The position numbers and the translations under genes were made by a program. This document shows positions 41,165-51,287 of a stretch of 64,000 bases of DNA, piece by piece; the first letter of the stretch is position 1, and every line of letters starts with the position of its first letter. Location of the stretch: the NCBI GenBank assembly GCA_965116495.1, contig OZ220696.1, forward strand, positions 3,296,001-3,360,000, given 5' to 3'. Under the pieces are notes generated by a model that saw only the letters and a list, made by a program, of their open reading frames with translations, had not been told where the DNA came from and did no database searches. This DNA is from Gammaproteobacteria bacterium. Its GTDB lineage: Bacteria > Pseudomonadota > Gammaproteobacteria > Eutrophobiales > Eutrophobiaceae.

Positions 41165-42394
41165 ATGCTTCCTCGCTTGCTGACACCCGTTATTCGTGAG
41201 GCAATGGCGGATACGCCGGTGATTTGTCTTTTGGGCCCGCGGCAGAGCGGGAAGACTACGCTCGTCCGGCAATTGGAACCGGAACGCGCTTATGTCAGTC
41301 TGGACGATAACAACTATTACCAGACTGCCACCTCAGACCCAGCCGAGTTTATGGCAAGTCTACCGGGTGTCGTCACTCTGGATGAAGTGCAGCGCGCTCC
41401 AATGCTGCTTCCCGCCATCAAGCGCGCCGTCGATGAAGATCGCCGCCCCGGTCGTTTCCTGCTTACCGGCTCAGCTAACCTGTTACTGCTGCCGAAAGTA
41501 ACCGAATCCCTGGCAGGACGCATGGAGATTGTATGGTTGCAGCCGTTGACGGAAGCGGAAAAAATGCGTCAGCCTGGTCTTTTCGTGAACGCCCTGTTGG
41601 AAGGGGCGTTCAATACAGCTATCAGACCCGAAACGCAAACGATTGAACCGACATTGGCAGAACGACTGACGGCCGGTGGCTATCCCGAACCATTGGTCCG
41701 TTCACCGGTCCGAGCCCGCCAGTGGCGCCGGCAATACCTGCACACCATCATTGAACGGGACGTACAGGATGTGGCGCGGGTCAGAGACAGTCACGAATTG
41801 GCCCGCCTGTTGGAATTATTGGCCGTGCGTAGCGCCCAACTGTTCAATGCCAGTAACCTGGCGAACAGTCTTGGTTTGCATAGGGACACCGTGGAGCATT
41901 ATGTCAGCGTGTTGGAGCGGTTGTTTCTCGTGCGTCGTCTGCCCGCCTGGCACCGTAACACCGGCAAACGACTCATCAAGTCTCCGAAATTGCACTTGGC
42001 CGATAGCGGACTCGCCGCTACCCTTGCTGGTCTCAGCGCGGAAGACTGGCTAGGCAAACGGGAACGGATGGGACACCTGTTGGAGTCATTCGTGGTTCAG
42101 CAGCTTATCGCCCAGGCTGCCTGGACCGATCCGGACCTTCGGTTCTGGCACTATCGTGACAAGGATCAGGTGGAAGTGGATGTAGTCATCACCCAGGGCA
42201 GGAAAACCTGGGGCATCGAAGTCAAAGCTGCTACCACCCTGAACCCAAAAGACGGGAAAGGACTCACTCGCCTCGCAGACTATTGCGGTAAGGACTTCAA
42301 ACGCGGCATCCTGCTCTATACCGGGAAGGATATACTACCCCTGAGAGATAAACGCCTGCTCGCGGTGCCGGTCAGCGAACTTTGGAAGCGGTAA
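41165..42394 (+). CDS. AAA ATPase (AAA_14) with C-terminal DUF4143 PD-(D/E)XK-like domain, copy 1
   Basis: GPRQSGKT, LDEVQR, LTGSA, ESLAGR, GGYPE, KRLIKSPK...DSGL and YRD....EVD...IEVK motifs. Confidence 0.9.
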   Translation: MLPRLLTPVIREAMADTPVICLLGPRQSGKTTLVRQLEPERAYVSLDDNNYYQTATSDPAEFMASLPGVVTLDEVQRAPMLLPAIKRAVDEDRRPGRFLLTGSANLLLLPKVTESLAGRMEIVWLQPLTEAEKMRQPGLFVNALLEGAFNTAIRPETQTIEPTLAERLTAGGYPEPLVRSPVRARQWRRQYLHTIIERDVQDVARVRDSHELARLLELLAVRSAQLFNASNLANSLGLHRDTVEHYVSVLERLFLVRRLPAWHRNTGKRLIKSPKLHLADSGLAATLAGLSAEDWLGKRERMGHLLESFVVQQLIAQAAWTDPDLRFWHYRDKDQVEVDVVITQGRKTWGIEVKAATTLNPKDGKGLTRLADYCGKDFKRGILLYTGKDILPLRDKRLLAVPVSELWKR

Positions 42395-42418
42395 GCAACG
42401 CACTACTGAGGAATAGCA

Positions 42419-42510
42419 ATGACAGGAAATATCCATCAAATTCCTGTAAGACAACATAATGATGACCGGATACGGCGCGCTGAGAGTTGGCTCAGGCGAA
42501 GCGAGCTAGC
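42419..42510 (+). pseudogene. Possible 5' remnant of a HEPN-domain protein gene
   Basis: RIRRAESWLRRSE resembles the R.hRA.SWL.RAE start of some HEPN proteins; the similarity is lost afterwards. Confidence 0.35.
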
Positions 42511-42714
42511 AGTCTGTCGGACTTGGGCGCCGCGAGTATCTTTGCAGACCACTTTTCAGGTCTTTTTGACGCGGCAAGGCGCACGTGCATGTTGCCTGAA
42601 CCTATACATGTACAATATGGGGATGTACAGACCTCACCAGGCGCCTGTCCTGATGAAGGAATTCGGTAAGGTACTTATATCTCTTGTCGCAAATTTTGCG
42701 ACAACTGCTACTGA

Positions 42715-43767
42715 CTACGGTTCAACGTAGGTTTTCAACACGTTCCATGTATGCCAGCCCTCCAGCAGGGCATCCGGGTATCCACCGCTGGTTTCCCGCA
42801 GTTCTGCAGGAGGGAGATATTTCTTCGGCAATGGAAAGGCCTCGACGATATCCTCGTACGCAACGCCGCTCTGCTTCAATCGATCCGTTTCCGAGATCAA
42901 CTCGGCCAGGTAGGTCTGGAATTTGAGCATGTGGGTCCTTATCCTGTCTTTCCCGGCCAGCACACCGCCGTGACCAGGGATGAGCACTTCAATGTCCAGC
43001 GTCTCGATGAGCCTGGCCATGGTCTGCAGGTACTCCTGCGCGTGCCCTTCTATAACCCAGGGAATACCCGACGGGCCCAGAATGAGGTTCCCGGTCCAGG
43101 CGATTTTCTCTTCGGGCAGGTAAACGATGCTGTCACCGGGCCCGCAGCCCATCCCGAAATAGTGGAACTGGACAATCCGCCCGCCCAGGTCCAGTTCCAT
43201 GAATTCATCAAATACCTGGTCAGGCAGTCTCTTGGGCGCTGCCGCGTAAACGGCGGGATCATCCACCAGGGCGAGCAGGAATTCCTTCTCGAAATCAAAC
43301 CGGGAATCTATCAAATCCCTGGTGATCCTGTGCGCGATTATGTGAGTTTCCTCCGGGAAGTAGCCATTGCCGAAAGTGTGGTCTCCATGGTAGTTCGTAT
43401 TGAAAAGATAGTCGGGCGTGTCGCGTCCGGTGAGTGATTTCACGTTCGCCAGGATTTTCCCTGCCATATCTTCGTTGATGTGGGCATCCACTACCAGAAC
43501 ACTGTCGTCGCCGATAATGACGCCTGAATTATCGACCGGTTTTCGTGTTGAAATTAAGCCGTATACCCCGGGCCCGAATTCCTGCGGCAGTAATTCAACC
43601 CCCTCAGGCTTGATTTTCACGCCATGTATCTGAGGTAGATTCGGCGGGATAATTATCATGTCCCGGTCTTTCGGATGCAGCGCCGTTGTGCCTGCATCCA
43701 GCCCGGCCCGCGCCGTCGAAGCCAGTGCAAGCGCGCTAAAACAAACGTATATTAAAAATAGCCTCAT
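42715..43767 (-). CDS. Secreted metallo-beta-lactamase-fold hydrolase
   Basis: Signal peptide; NSG.IIG...VLVVD, TNYHGDHTFGN, PGD..VY.P and IPGHG motifs. Confidence 0.85.
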   Translation of the reverse strand: MRLFLIYVCFSALALASTARAGLDAGTTALHPKDRDMIIIPPNLPQIHGVKIKPEGVELLPQEFGPGVYGLISTRKPVDNSGVIIGDDSVLVVDAHINEDMAGKILANVKSLTGRDTPDYLFNTNYHGDHTFGNGYFPEETHIIAHRITRDLIDSRFDFEKEFLLALVDDPAVYAAAPKRLPDQVFDEFMELDLGGRIVQFHYFGMGCGPGDSIVYLPEEKIAWTGNLILGPSGIPWVIEGHAQEYLQTMARLIETLDIEVLIPGHGGVLAGKDRIRTHMLKFQTYLAELISETDRLKQSGVAYEDIVEAFPLPKKYLPPAELRETSGGYPDALLEGWHTWNVLKTYVEP

Positions 43768-43933
43768 CAGCCCACCCCTGTGACAGTCAGCGAAAAAAGA
43801 TACTACACTGTTTCCATGTTCTTAATATATAGTAAATTGGGCCGGACCTGCATAACCATATATAACCAGAGGAGAATTGTCTTATGCATGATTCCAGTTT
43901 TACTCCCTCACACTATGTGGAAGGTACCTTATT

Positions 43934-43970
43934 TTAGTATAATTGAAATTTAGAGTTTGAATTATCCTAA
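43934..43970. promoter_or_regulatory. Imperfect inverted repeat upstream of ATPase copy 2 (candidate operator)
   Basis: TTAGTATAATTGAAA-N7-TTTGAATTATCCTAA, 13/15 complementary, contains TATAAT. Confidence 0.55.
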
Positions 43971-43993
43971 TATTACTGGTAGAATCTGTTCTC

Positions 43994-45190
43994 ATGATTT
44001 ATCGAGACCTAACTCCGGAACTAACCAGAGCAGCATCCCGAGCGCCTGCAATAACACTCACCGGCCCACGTCAGAGCGGCAAGACTACGTTGTGCAGGGA
44101 ACTATTTCAAAATCATGCTTACCGAACGCTTGAAGCTCCGGATGAACGAGCGTTCGCGATGGAGGATCCCCGAGCATTTCTGGCACAATTCCCGGATGGC
44201 GCGGTGATCGACGAGATACAGCGCGTGCCCGAGTTACTCTCCTATCTGCAAGGTATCATCGACGATAATCCGGCGCCCGGACGCTGGATTCTCACCGGGT
44301 CGCAAAACTTCGCCCTGCTGGAATCGGTCAGCCAGTCATTGGCGGGACGAACCGAGGTACACCAGTTGCTGCCATTGACCTGGGACGAGATTATACGCTT
44401 TACCCGGCATCCCGAGCGTCTCGAAGAAGCCTTGTTCAGCGGCGGTTATCCACGTATATTCCATCAGGACCTAGAGCCATCGGCCTGGCTGCGATCCTAT
44501 GTCACCACTTATCTCGAACGGGATGTACGAACACTCAGTAACGTCGGCGACCTCGTGACATTTCAACGTTTTGTAGAATTATGCGCCGGCCGCACAGCAC
44601 AACTGCTCAATTATTCCTTCCTGGCCAACGACTGTGGTATCTCACAACCGAGTGCCAAGGCCTGGTTCAGCATTCTGGAAGCGAGTTTTATCGCCTTCCG
44701 ACTGCCCGCGTTTAATGCCAGGCTACGCAAACGTCTCGTTAAGATGCCGAAACTGTACTTCTACGACACTGGCCTTGCCTGCTGGCTGCTGGGAATCCGC
44801 GAACCGCAACAGCTCCGCTCACACCCCCTGCGCGGCGCCATCTTTGAGACCTGGGTGGTTACGGAAATCCTGAAAAACCGCACCAATCGGGGTGAAACCC
44901 GGGGTCTCTCATTCTACCGGGACAGCAACGGCGCTGAAGTCGATCTTATTATCGAACAACCGGATGGTCTGACGCTGTTCGAAGTCAAGTCCTCCGCAAC
45001 CCCATCGAAAAGGTTGTTTGACAGCGTCAAACGCGTTCGGCGGCATTTCCCTGATGCGCCTCAGCCTGATATGGCGGTTGTCTACGGCGGAGAGGAATTT
45101 CAACAGCGCGAAGACAGCCGGCTGATACCCTGGCGGATGCTGCGGACAGCAGCGCTACCTCATGCAGGCACCGCGTCCCCCAACATCTGA
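43994..45190 (+). CDS. AAA ATPase (AAA_14)-DUF4143 protein, copy 2
   Basis: GPRQSGKT, IDEIQR, LTGSQ, QSLAGR, GGYP, TYLERD, KRLVKMPK..FYDTGL and YRD..GAEVD...FEVK motifs. Confidence 0.9.
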   Translation: MIYRDLTPELTRAASRAPAITLTGPRQSGKTTLCRELFQNHAYRTLEAPDERAFAMEDPRAFLAQFPDGAVIDEIQRVPELLSYLQGIIDDNPAPGRWILTGSQNFALLESVSQSLAGRTEVHQLLPLTWDEIIRFTRHPERLEEALFSGGYPRIFHQDLEPSAWLRSYVTTYLERDVRTLSNVGDLVTFQRFVELCAGRTAQLLNYSFLANDCGISQPSAKAWFSILEASFIAFRLPAFNARLRKRLVKMPKLYFYDTGLACWLLGIREPQQLRSHPLRGAIFETWVVTEILKNRTNRGETRGLSFYRDSNGAEVDLIIEQPDGLTLFEVKSSATPSKRLFDSVKRVRRHFPDAPQPDMAVVYGGEEFQQREDSRLIPWRMLRTAALPHAGTASPNI

Positions 45191-45314
45191 GGCAGGCGTG
45201 TAATCACACGACATGAAGCCTCGTATCCTGTATGTTAATCATACCTTTCTCTTGTAGTTTGTGAAGCCGGAATATTCCACTTGCAATTTTTTCCGTAAGC
45301 ACTATATTGAACGT

Positions 45315-45398
45315 ATGGATTTAAATTGTTTGCCATATTCTGTTTCAGCCAGCCTGTCGGCAGTCGCCTCCCTGCGTCTGCTCCTCCTGCCCTGCTAG
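45315..45398 (+). CDS. Candidate leucine leader peptide (27 aa) upstream of leuA
   Basis: Manual translation MDLNCLPYSVSASLSAVASLRLLLLPC*, with four consecutive Leu codons; follows a TTGCAA-16-TATATT promoter-like motif. Confidence 0.7.
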   Translation: MDLNCLPYSVSASLSAVASLRLLLLPC

Positions 45399-45470
45399 GG
45401 CAGATACTTATACACACACAACTTTTCTCATTTTTACAGGCAAAATTTATCCTGATTCAGGAGCAGGACC

Positions 45471-47003
45471 ATGACAGACAAGTTAATCATCTTCGATACC
45501 ACCTTGCGTGACGGCGAGCAAAGTCCCGGCGCGTCCATGACCCGCGGCGAGAAAATGCGCATAGCCAGGGCACTGGAGAAACTGCGGGTGGACGTGATTG
45601 AGGCGGGCTTCCCGATTGCCAGCGGCGGGGATTTCGAGGCCGTCAGGTCCGTGGCGGAAATTATCACTGAGAGCTCTGTTTGCGGCCTGGCGCGTACCGG
45701 CTATGCGGACATCGACGCGGCGGCGGAGGCACTCAAGCCGGCGCGCTCGGCCCGTATCCATACGTTTATTGCCACTTCGCCCATCCACATGGAGCGCAAG
45801 TTGATGATGCAGCCGGATGAGGTGGTCGAAGCCGCGGTAAAAGCGGTGAAAAGGGCAAGAAAATATACCGATGACGTCGAATTTTCACCGGAGGACGCCG
45901 GACGTTCGGATCTCGATTTCCTGTGCCGGATCATCGAGGCGGTCATCGCCGCCGGCGCTACTACCGTCAACATCCCGGATACGGTGGGCTATAGCATCCC
46001 CACCCAGTTCGGGGAAGCCATAGGCAGTATCATCGAGCGGGTACCCAATTCCGACAAGGCGGTGTTTTCGGTACATTGCCACAACGACCTGGGCCTCGCC
46101 GTGGCCAATTCCCTGGCCGCGGTCATGCACGGCGCCAGGCAGGTGGAGTGCACCATCAACGGGCTGGGAGAGCGCGCGGGGAATGCCTCCCTGGAAGAGA
46201 TTGTCATGGCGGTGAAGACGCGCAAGGATTATTTCCCTTGCAGTACCGGACTGGATACGACCGAGATCGTGAACTGCTCGAAACTGGTGTCGAACGTGAC
46301 GGGTTTTCCGGTACAGCCGAACAAGGCCGTGGTCGGCGCCAACGCCTTTGCCCACGAAGCCGGCATTCACCAGGACGGCGTGATCAAGAGCCGGGAGACC
46401 TACGAGATCATGCGCGCCCAGGACGTCGGCTGGTCCACCAACCGCCTGGTCCTGGGTAAACATTCGGGCCGCAATGCCTTCCGCACCAGGTTAAAGGAAA
46501 TCGGGTTTGAATTCTCCAGTGAAAAAGAACTGAACAGCGCCTTTACCAGGTTCAAGGACCTGGCGGACAAGAAACATGAAATTTATGACGAGGACCTCCA
46601 GGCTATTGTCACGGATAACATGCAGAGTGAAGAGGAAAAAATCAGGCTGGTCTCACTCAGGGTGGTAACGGAAACGGGCGAGACGCCGCAGGCTGAGTTG
46701 ACCCTGTCTATTGACGGTGAGGAAACGCCGGGCATATCCCAGGGAGACGGTCCCGTCGATGCGGTTATCAAGGCTATAGAGAACCTGGTGTCCAGCGGCT
46801 GCGAATTACAGTTATTCTCGGTGAACAATATTACCGGGGGGACTGATTCACAGGGGGAGGTGACGATGCGCGTGAACAAGGACGGTCATGTCATAAACGG
46901 CCGGGGTTCGGATACGGACATCGTCGCGGCATCGGCAAAAGCGTATATCAACGCGATAAACCGGGCTTATTCCATCAGCCGCAAGATTCATCCCCAGGTA
47001 TGA
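45471..47003 (+). CDS. leuA: 2-isopropylmalate synthase
   Basis: [39 protein letters not shown] and GDGPVDA motifs. Confidence 0.97.
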   Translation: MTDKLIIFDTTLRDGEQSPGASMTRGEKMRIARALEKLRVDVIEAGFPIASGGDFEAVRSVAEIITESSVCGLARTGYADIDAAAEALKPARSARIHTFIATSPIHMERKLMMQPDEVVEAAVKAVKRARKYTDDVEFSPEDAGRSDLDFLCRIIEAVIAAGATTVNIPDTVGYSIPTQFGEAIGSIIERVPNSDKAVFSVHCHNDLGLAVANSLAAVMHGARQVECTINGLGERAGNASLEEIVMAVKTRKDYFPCSTGLDTTEIVNCSKLVSNVTGFPVQPNKAVVGANAFAHEAGIHQDGVIKSRETYEIMRAQDVGWSTNRLVLGKHSGRNAFRTRLKEIGFEFSSEKELNSAFTRFKDLADKKHEIYDEDLQAIVTDNMQSEEEKIRLVSLRVVTETGETPQAELTLSIDGEETPGISQGDGPVDAVIKAIENLVSSGCELQLFSVNNITGGTDSQGEVTMRVNKDGHVINGRGSDTDIVAASAKAYINAINRAYSISRKIHPQV

Positions 47004-47809
47004 GTTTGACACCCCGACAACATCATTACCTGCACGCCCTCGGTATTGAGTTGTACAGGGTTCGGGAGAGGGAGAGTCTAAAGGGGACAGACCCCCGCTT
47101 ACTACATGCGGGGGCAGGCTTGAAATCTGTCCCCGGTCACACACCGGATTTGAAATCTTCCCCCGCCCGTACATCGGAAACCGGCGAGATTGACGAGAAC
47201 CATTCCGTCAGGGCAGGTGAGATTGCCGTGCAGCAGGGAGACGGGGAGGCGCTGGACTGGGAGGCCTTGCAGCGAAAGGTAGCCGGGTGTCGCCTGTGTC
47301 AACTGCATGAAGGCAGGACGCAGACGGTGTTTGGAGTGGGTGACGTGAATGCGGACTGGATGCTGATCGGTGAAGCGCCGGGCGCCGAGGAGGACCGGCG
47401 CGGCGAACCCTTCGTCGGCAGGGCGGGCAAGTTACTGGATTCCATGCTTCGGACAGTCGGCCTGGCCCGGGAAAAAGTATTTATTGCCAACATCCTGAAG
47501 TGTCGCCCGCCCAATAATCGCGACCCCAGGCCCGAGGAAGTCCTGGCCTGCGAGAATTATCTCGCACAACAGATAAATACTATCAAACCCAGGCTGATCC
47601 TGGCCCTGGGCCGGGTCGCCGCGCAGAACCTGCTCAAGACTGAAACCCCCATCGGTAAAATGCGCGGCAAGCGCTACCACTACGGTGACCTCTCCGTTCC
47701 GGTCGTGGTAACATACCATCCGGCCTACTTGTTACGCTCGCCACGGGAGAAAAAGAAATCCTGGCAGGATTTGCAGTTGGCAATGACGGTATATAAAGAG
47801 CAATCATGA
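47000..47809 (+). CDS. Family 4 uracil-DNA glycosylase
   Basis: C..C.L, IGEAPG..ED..G.PFVG, KCRPP.NR.P and TYHPAYLLR motifs. Confidence 0.93.
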   Translation: MSLTPRQHHYLHALGIELYRVRERESLKGTDPRLLHAGAGLKSVPGHTPDLKSSPARTSETGEIDENHSVRAGEIAVQQGDGEALDWEALQRKVAGCRLCQLHEGRTQTVFGVGDVNADWMLIGEAPGAEEDRRGEPFVGRAGKLLDSMLRTVGLAREKVFIANILKCRPPNNRDPRPEEVLACENYLAQQINTIKPRLILALGRVAAQNLLKTETPIGKMRGKRYHYGDLSVPVVVTYHPAYLLRSPREKKKSWQDLQLAMTVYKEQS

Positions 47810-48273
47810 GCGCAGCGCTGCATGATGCCCAACTGAATTTGCGGCCTATGGCGCTGACCGACCTGGGCGATATATTGCAGATTGAGTGTGCGGCGTATGC
47901 ATATCCATGGAGCAGGAACATCTTCAAGGGTTGTTTGCGGGATGACTATTGCTGCCGGATCCTGGAACTGGATGGAGAGATAGCCGGGTATGCGATCATG
48001 TCCATGGGCAGGGATGAGGCGCATCTCCTGAACTTGTGTGTGGACCCCGGACGGCACAGGATGGGTCTGGGGGATTGTCTGTTGAATTTCATGCTTGATT
48101 TTGCTCGAAACCACAAAGCCGAAACCACGTTTCTGGAGGTACGACCGTCCAACGAGGCGGCGCGGCGGTTTTATGAAAAACGCGGTTTTGTAGAAGTAGG
48201 CATGCATACGAATTATTATCCCGCCAGGTTCGGCCGGGAAGATGCCATCATCATGGCCCGGGAAACAGTCTAG
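47806..48273 (+). CDS. rimI: Ribosomal protein S18 alanine N-acetyltransferase
   Basis: IE.....PWS, EAHLLN, LEVRPSN..A..FY...GF and YY......EDA..M motifs. Confidence 0.93.
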   Translation: MSAALHDAQLNLRPMALTDLGDILQIECAAYAYPWSRNIFKGCLRDDYCCRILELDGEIAGYAIMSMGRDEAHLLNLCVDPGRHRMGLGDCLLNFMLDFARNHKAETTFLEVRPSNEAARRFYEKRGFVEVGMHTNYYPARFGREDAIIMARETV

Positions 48274-48277
48274 GGCA

Positions 48278-49195
48278 ATGTCTGCGATAACCGCCAAAGA
48301 GGACAGGAATTACCCCAGTATCGATTCCAGCGTCGGCAATACCCCCCTGGTGCGGTTGCAACGCCTGCCCGGCAATACCAGCAATACCATCCTGGCAAAG
48401 ATGGAAGGGAACAACCCTGCGGGTTCGGTCAAGGACCGGCCCGCGTTGAGCATGATTCAACATGCTGAAGCACGCGGCGAGATCAGCCCGGGAGACGTGT
48501 TGATCGAGGCGACCAGCGGCAACACGGGTATCGCCCTGGCTATGGTGGCTGCCATTCGCGGCTACAGGATGATCCTGATCATGCCGGATAACCTGAGCGG
48601 TGAGCGGCGCCGTGCCATGCGGGCCTTCGGCGCCGAGTTGATACTGGTTACCAAGGAAGAAGGCATGGAGGGCGCCCGCGACCTGGCTGAGAAAATGGAA
48701 AGAGAAGGGAAGGGGAGGATACTGGACCAGTTCGCCAACCCGGATAACCCTTTGGCCCACTACGAAGGCACCGGCCCGGAAATCTGGCGGGACACACAGG
48801 GCAGCGTGACCCATTTTGTCAGCGCCATGGGCACGACAGGGACGATTATGGGGGTATCGAGATATTTAAAGGAAGTGAGTGACCAGGTGCAGATCGTCGG
48901 GGTACAACCGGCCGGCGATGAAAATATCCCCGGCATCCGGCGCTGGCCGAAGGAGTATCTGCCCAGGATCTTCCAGAAAGAACGGGTTGACAGGATAATT
49001 GACGTAACGCCGGCGGAGGCGGAAGACATGGCGCGGCGACTGGCGGATGAAGAGGGTATTTTCGCGGGTATATCCTCAGGCGGCGCGGTTTCCGCCGCAT
49101 TACGACTGTCAGGTGAAATAGAAAACGCCGTCATCGTCGTGATCATCTGCGACCGCGGCGACCGTTACCTCTCCTCAAACGTATTCCGCGATTGA
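48278..49195 (+). CDS. cysM: Cysteine synthase B
   Basis: GNNPAGSVKDR, EATSGNTG, MGTTGTI.G, IPGIRRW and CDRGDRYLS motifs. Confidence 0.96.
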   Translation: MSAITAKEDRNYPSIDSSVGNTPLVRLQRLPGNTSNTILAKMEGNNPAGSVKDRPALSMIQHAEARGEISPGDVLIEATSGNTGIALAMVAAIRGYRMILIMPDNLSGERRRAMRAFGAELILVTKEEGMEGARDLAEKMEREGKGRILDQFANPDNPLAHYEGTGPEIWRDTQGSVTHFVSAMGTTGTIMGVSRYLKEVSDQVQIVGVQPAGDENIPGIRRWPKEYLPRIFQKERVDRIIDVTPAEAEDMARRLADEEGIFAGISSGGAVSAALRLSGEIENAVIVVIICDRGDRYLSSNVFRD

Positions 49196-49237
49196 AATCA
49201 CCCCAACATGCCGGCGAAAGCTGTCGACATACTAGCG

Positions 49238-49332
49238 CCAACACCGTCATATCGCCACCAACATCGTCATGTCGCCACCAACACCGTCATGTCGCCACCA
49301 ACACCGTCATACCGGCGCAAGCCGGTATCCAG
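49238..49332. repeat. 20-bp tandem repeat (3 full units plus 1 partial) running into a REP-like hairpin
   Basis: ccaacaccgtcatgtcgcca units at 49238, 49258 and 49278, then ccaacaccgtcATACCGGCgcaaGCCGGTATccag. Confidence 0.85.
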
Positions 49333-49357
49333 TGAATAAACTACCTTCATCAGGACA

Positions 49358-50161
49358 ATGAATACCCTTGTATTTGATATAGAAACCATCCCGGACCTGC
49401 CAAGCGGCCGGCGCTTGTACAACCTGGATGGTCTCCTGGACAAAGACACCGCGGAAGTCATGTTCAAAAACCGCCGCCAGGAGACGGACAGCAATTCTGA
49501 TTTTCTGCGCCTGCACTTGCACCGGGTGGTGGCGATCTCGGTCGTGCTGGCAACCCGCGATAATGTCAGTGTCTGGTCGCTGGGGGCGGTGGATTCCGAC
49601 GAGGCGGAACTGGTACGGCGTTTTTTTGACGGTATCGAAAAATATACGCCCACGCTGGTTTCCTGGAACGGGCGCGGTTTTGATCTGCCCGTACTGCATT
49701 ACCGCTCACTGCTGCACGGTATCCAGGCGCCCAGGTACTGGGAGACCGGCGACGAGGATCAGGGTTTTCGCTGGAACAATTACATCAACCGCTTTCACCA
49801 GCGCCATACGGACTTGATGGACGTGCTGGCAGGTTATGAGTTTCGCGGCGCTGCGCCGTTGGATGAAATCGCTTCCATGCTGGGGTTCCCCGGTAAAATG
49901 GGGATGGCAGGAGACAAGGTATGGGATAGCTACCTGGCCGGTGATATCGAGGCAATCCGCAATTACTGTGAAACGGATGTCCTCAATACCTACCTCGTCT
50001 ACCTGCGCTACCTGCTTATCAGCGGGCGCCATTCGGAGCAGGGCTACCAGCAGGCATGCGATAGACTGAAACAGGTGCTGGCAGGCGAGGACAAACCGCA
50101 CCTGACGGCATTTCTTGAAGCATGGGAGGGGAGTGAGCAGGGACTAGGGATTAGAAAATAA
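49358..50161 (+). CDS. PolB-like 3'-5' exonuclease family protein
   Basis: FDIETIPD, SWNG.GFDLPVL, H.DLMD, GFPGK and YCETDV (DEDDy) motifs. Confidence 0.9.
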   Translation: MNTLVFDIETIPDLPSGRRLYNLDGLLDKDTAEVMFKNRRQETDSNSDFLRLHLHRVVAISVVLATRDNVSVWSLGAVDSDEAELVRRFFDGIEKYTPTLVSWNGRGFDLPVLHYRSLLHGIQAPRYWETGDEDQGFRWNNYINRFHQRHTDLMDVLAGYEFRGAAPLDEIASMLGFPGKMGMAGDKVWDSYLAGDIEAIRNYCETDVLNTYLVYLRYLLISGRHSEQGYQQACDRLKQVLAGEDKPHLTAFLEAWEGSEQGLGIRK

Positions 50162-50267
50162 GGGTAAGGAGACAATACGAACTATTCCCACCCCCGCCCA
50201 ACTCCATACGGGGACAAGCTTTCACGGGAATGGTATCTCCTTCCTGCCTCTAACCCCTGATTTTGAA

Positions 50268-51251
50268 TCAATAATGGGGGTTCTTTTCCCAGTCGTAACT
50301 GGTCCTGACGATAAACTCCAAATCATCGTAACGGGGCTGCCAGCCCAACGCTGCCCGGGTTGAACTGCCGTCCGCGACCAGTTGCGGCGGGTCGCCGGGC
50401 CTCCGGCCTGTCTCCACTACGGGTATGGGACGTCCGTGCACCTGTTCCACTGCCCGCACCACTTCGCGGACGCTGTAACCGTGACCATAGCCGCAATTCA
50501 GGGTGATGGAGTTTCCACCCGTTTCCAGGTGACGCAAAGCCAGGGTATGTGCGGCAGCCAGGTCACTCACGTGGATGTAGTCCCTGACGCCGGTGCCGTC
50601 GGCGGTAGGATAATCCGTGCCGTAGATATTCAACTGTTTGTGCTTGCCCAGGGCCGTTTCACAGGCAACCTTGATCAACAGGGTAGAAGCGGGTGTCGAC
50701 TGGCCGATACGTCCATCCGGATCGGCCCCGGCCACGTTGAAATAGCGCAGGGCTGCATAGCTCAATGGCGCCACCCCGGATAAATCCTCTAGCATAACCT
50801 CGGTCATGAGTTTGGACCTGCCATAAGGATTCACGGGGTCAGTGGGGCTTTCAAGGGTGACCAGACCCGATTCGGGTATGCCGTAAACCGCGGCAGTGGA
50901 GGAGAATATAAAGTGCCTGACGCCGCATTCCGCACAGGCTTCCATCAGGTTGCGGGACTTGACGGTATTGTTCTCGTAATACAGCAGCGGTTTTTCAACG
51001 GATTCCGGTACGGTGGTGGAGCCGGCGAGATGCATTACCGCGCCTATATCATGCTTATCCAGCAACGCTCTGACGAGACCCTTGTTGCCGACATCGCCCC
51101 GGACCAGTTCACAATCGGTAACCGCCTCGGCGAAGCCCCTGGACAGGTCGTCCAGTATGATAATCTCGTAACCCTCCTTGACCAGGTCCAGGGCAACGTG
51201 GCTGCCGATATAACCGGCGCCACCGGTCAGCAATACTGCTTTATCACCCAT
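50268..51251 (-). CDS. galE: UDP-glucose 4-epimerase
   Basis: GGAGYIGSH, FSSTAAVYG, YGRSK, LRYFN and DGTGVRDYIHV motifs. Confidence 0.95.
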   Translation of the reverse strand: MGDKAVLLTGGAGYIGSHVALDLVKEGYEIIILDDLSRGFAEAVTDCELVRGDVGNKGLVRALLDKHDIGAVMHLAGSTTVPESVEKPLLYYENNTVKSRNLMEACAECGVRHFIFSSTAAVYGIPESGLVTLESPTDPVNPYGRSKLMTEVMLEDLSGVAPLSYAALRYFNVAGADPDGRIGQSTPASTLLIKVACETALGKHKQLNIYGTDYPTADGTGVRDYIHVSDLAAAHTLALRHLETGGNSITLNCGYGHGYSVREVVRAVEQVHGRPIPVVETGRRPGDPPQLVADGSSTRAALGWQPRYDDLEFIVRTSYDWEKNPHY

Positions 51252-51287
51252 GACAATCTCCCATGAAATAATACATCCTGAAACCAT

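Noticed and set aside
42715-43767. Carbapenemase or other resistance gene
   Set aside because: Only the fold motif is shared; other beta-lactamase ligand positions differ and the context is catabolic.
49238-49310. CRISPR or coding repeat
   Set aside because: There are no spacers, and the 20-bp period is not a multiple of 3; it derives from a REP flank.
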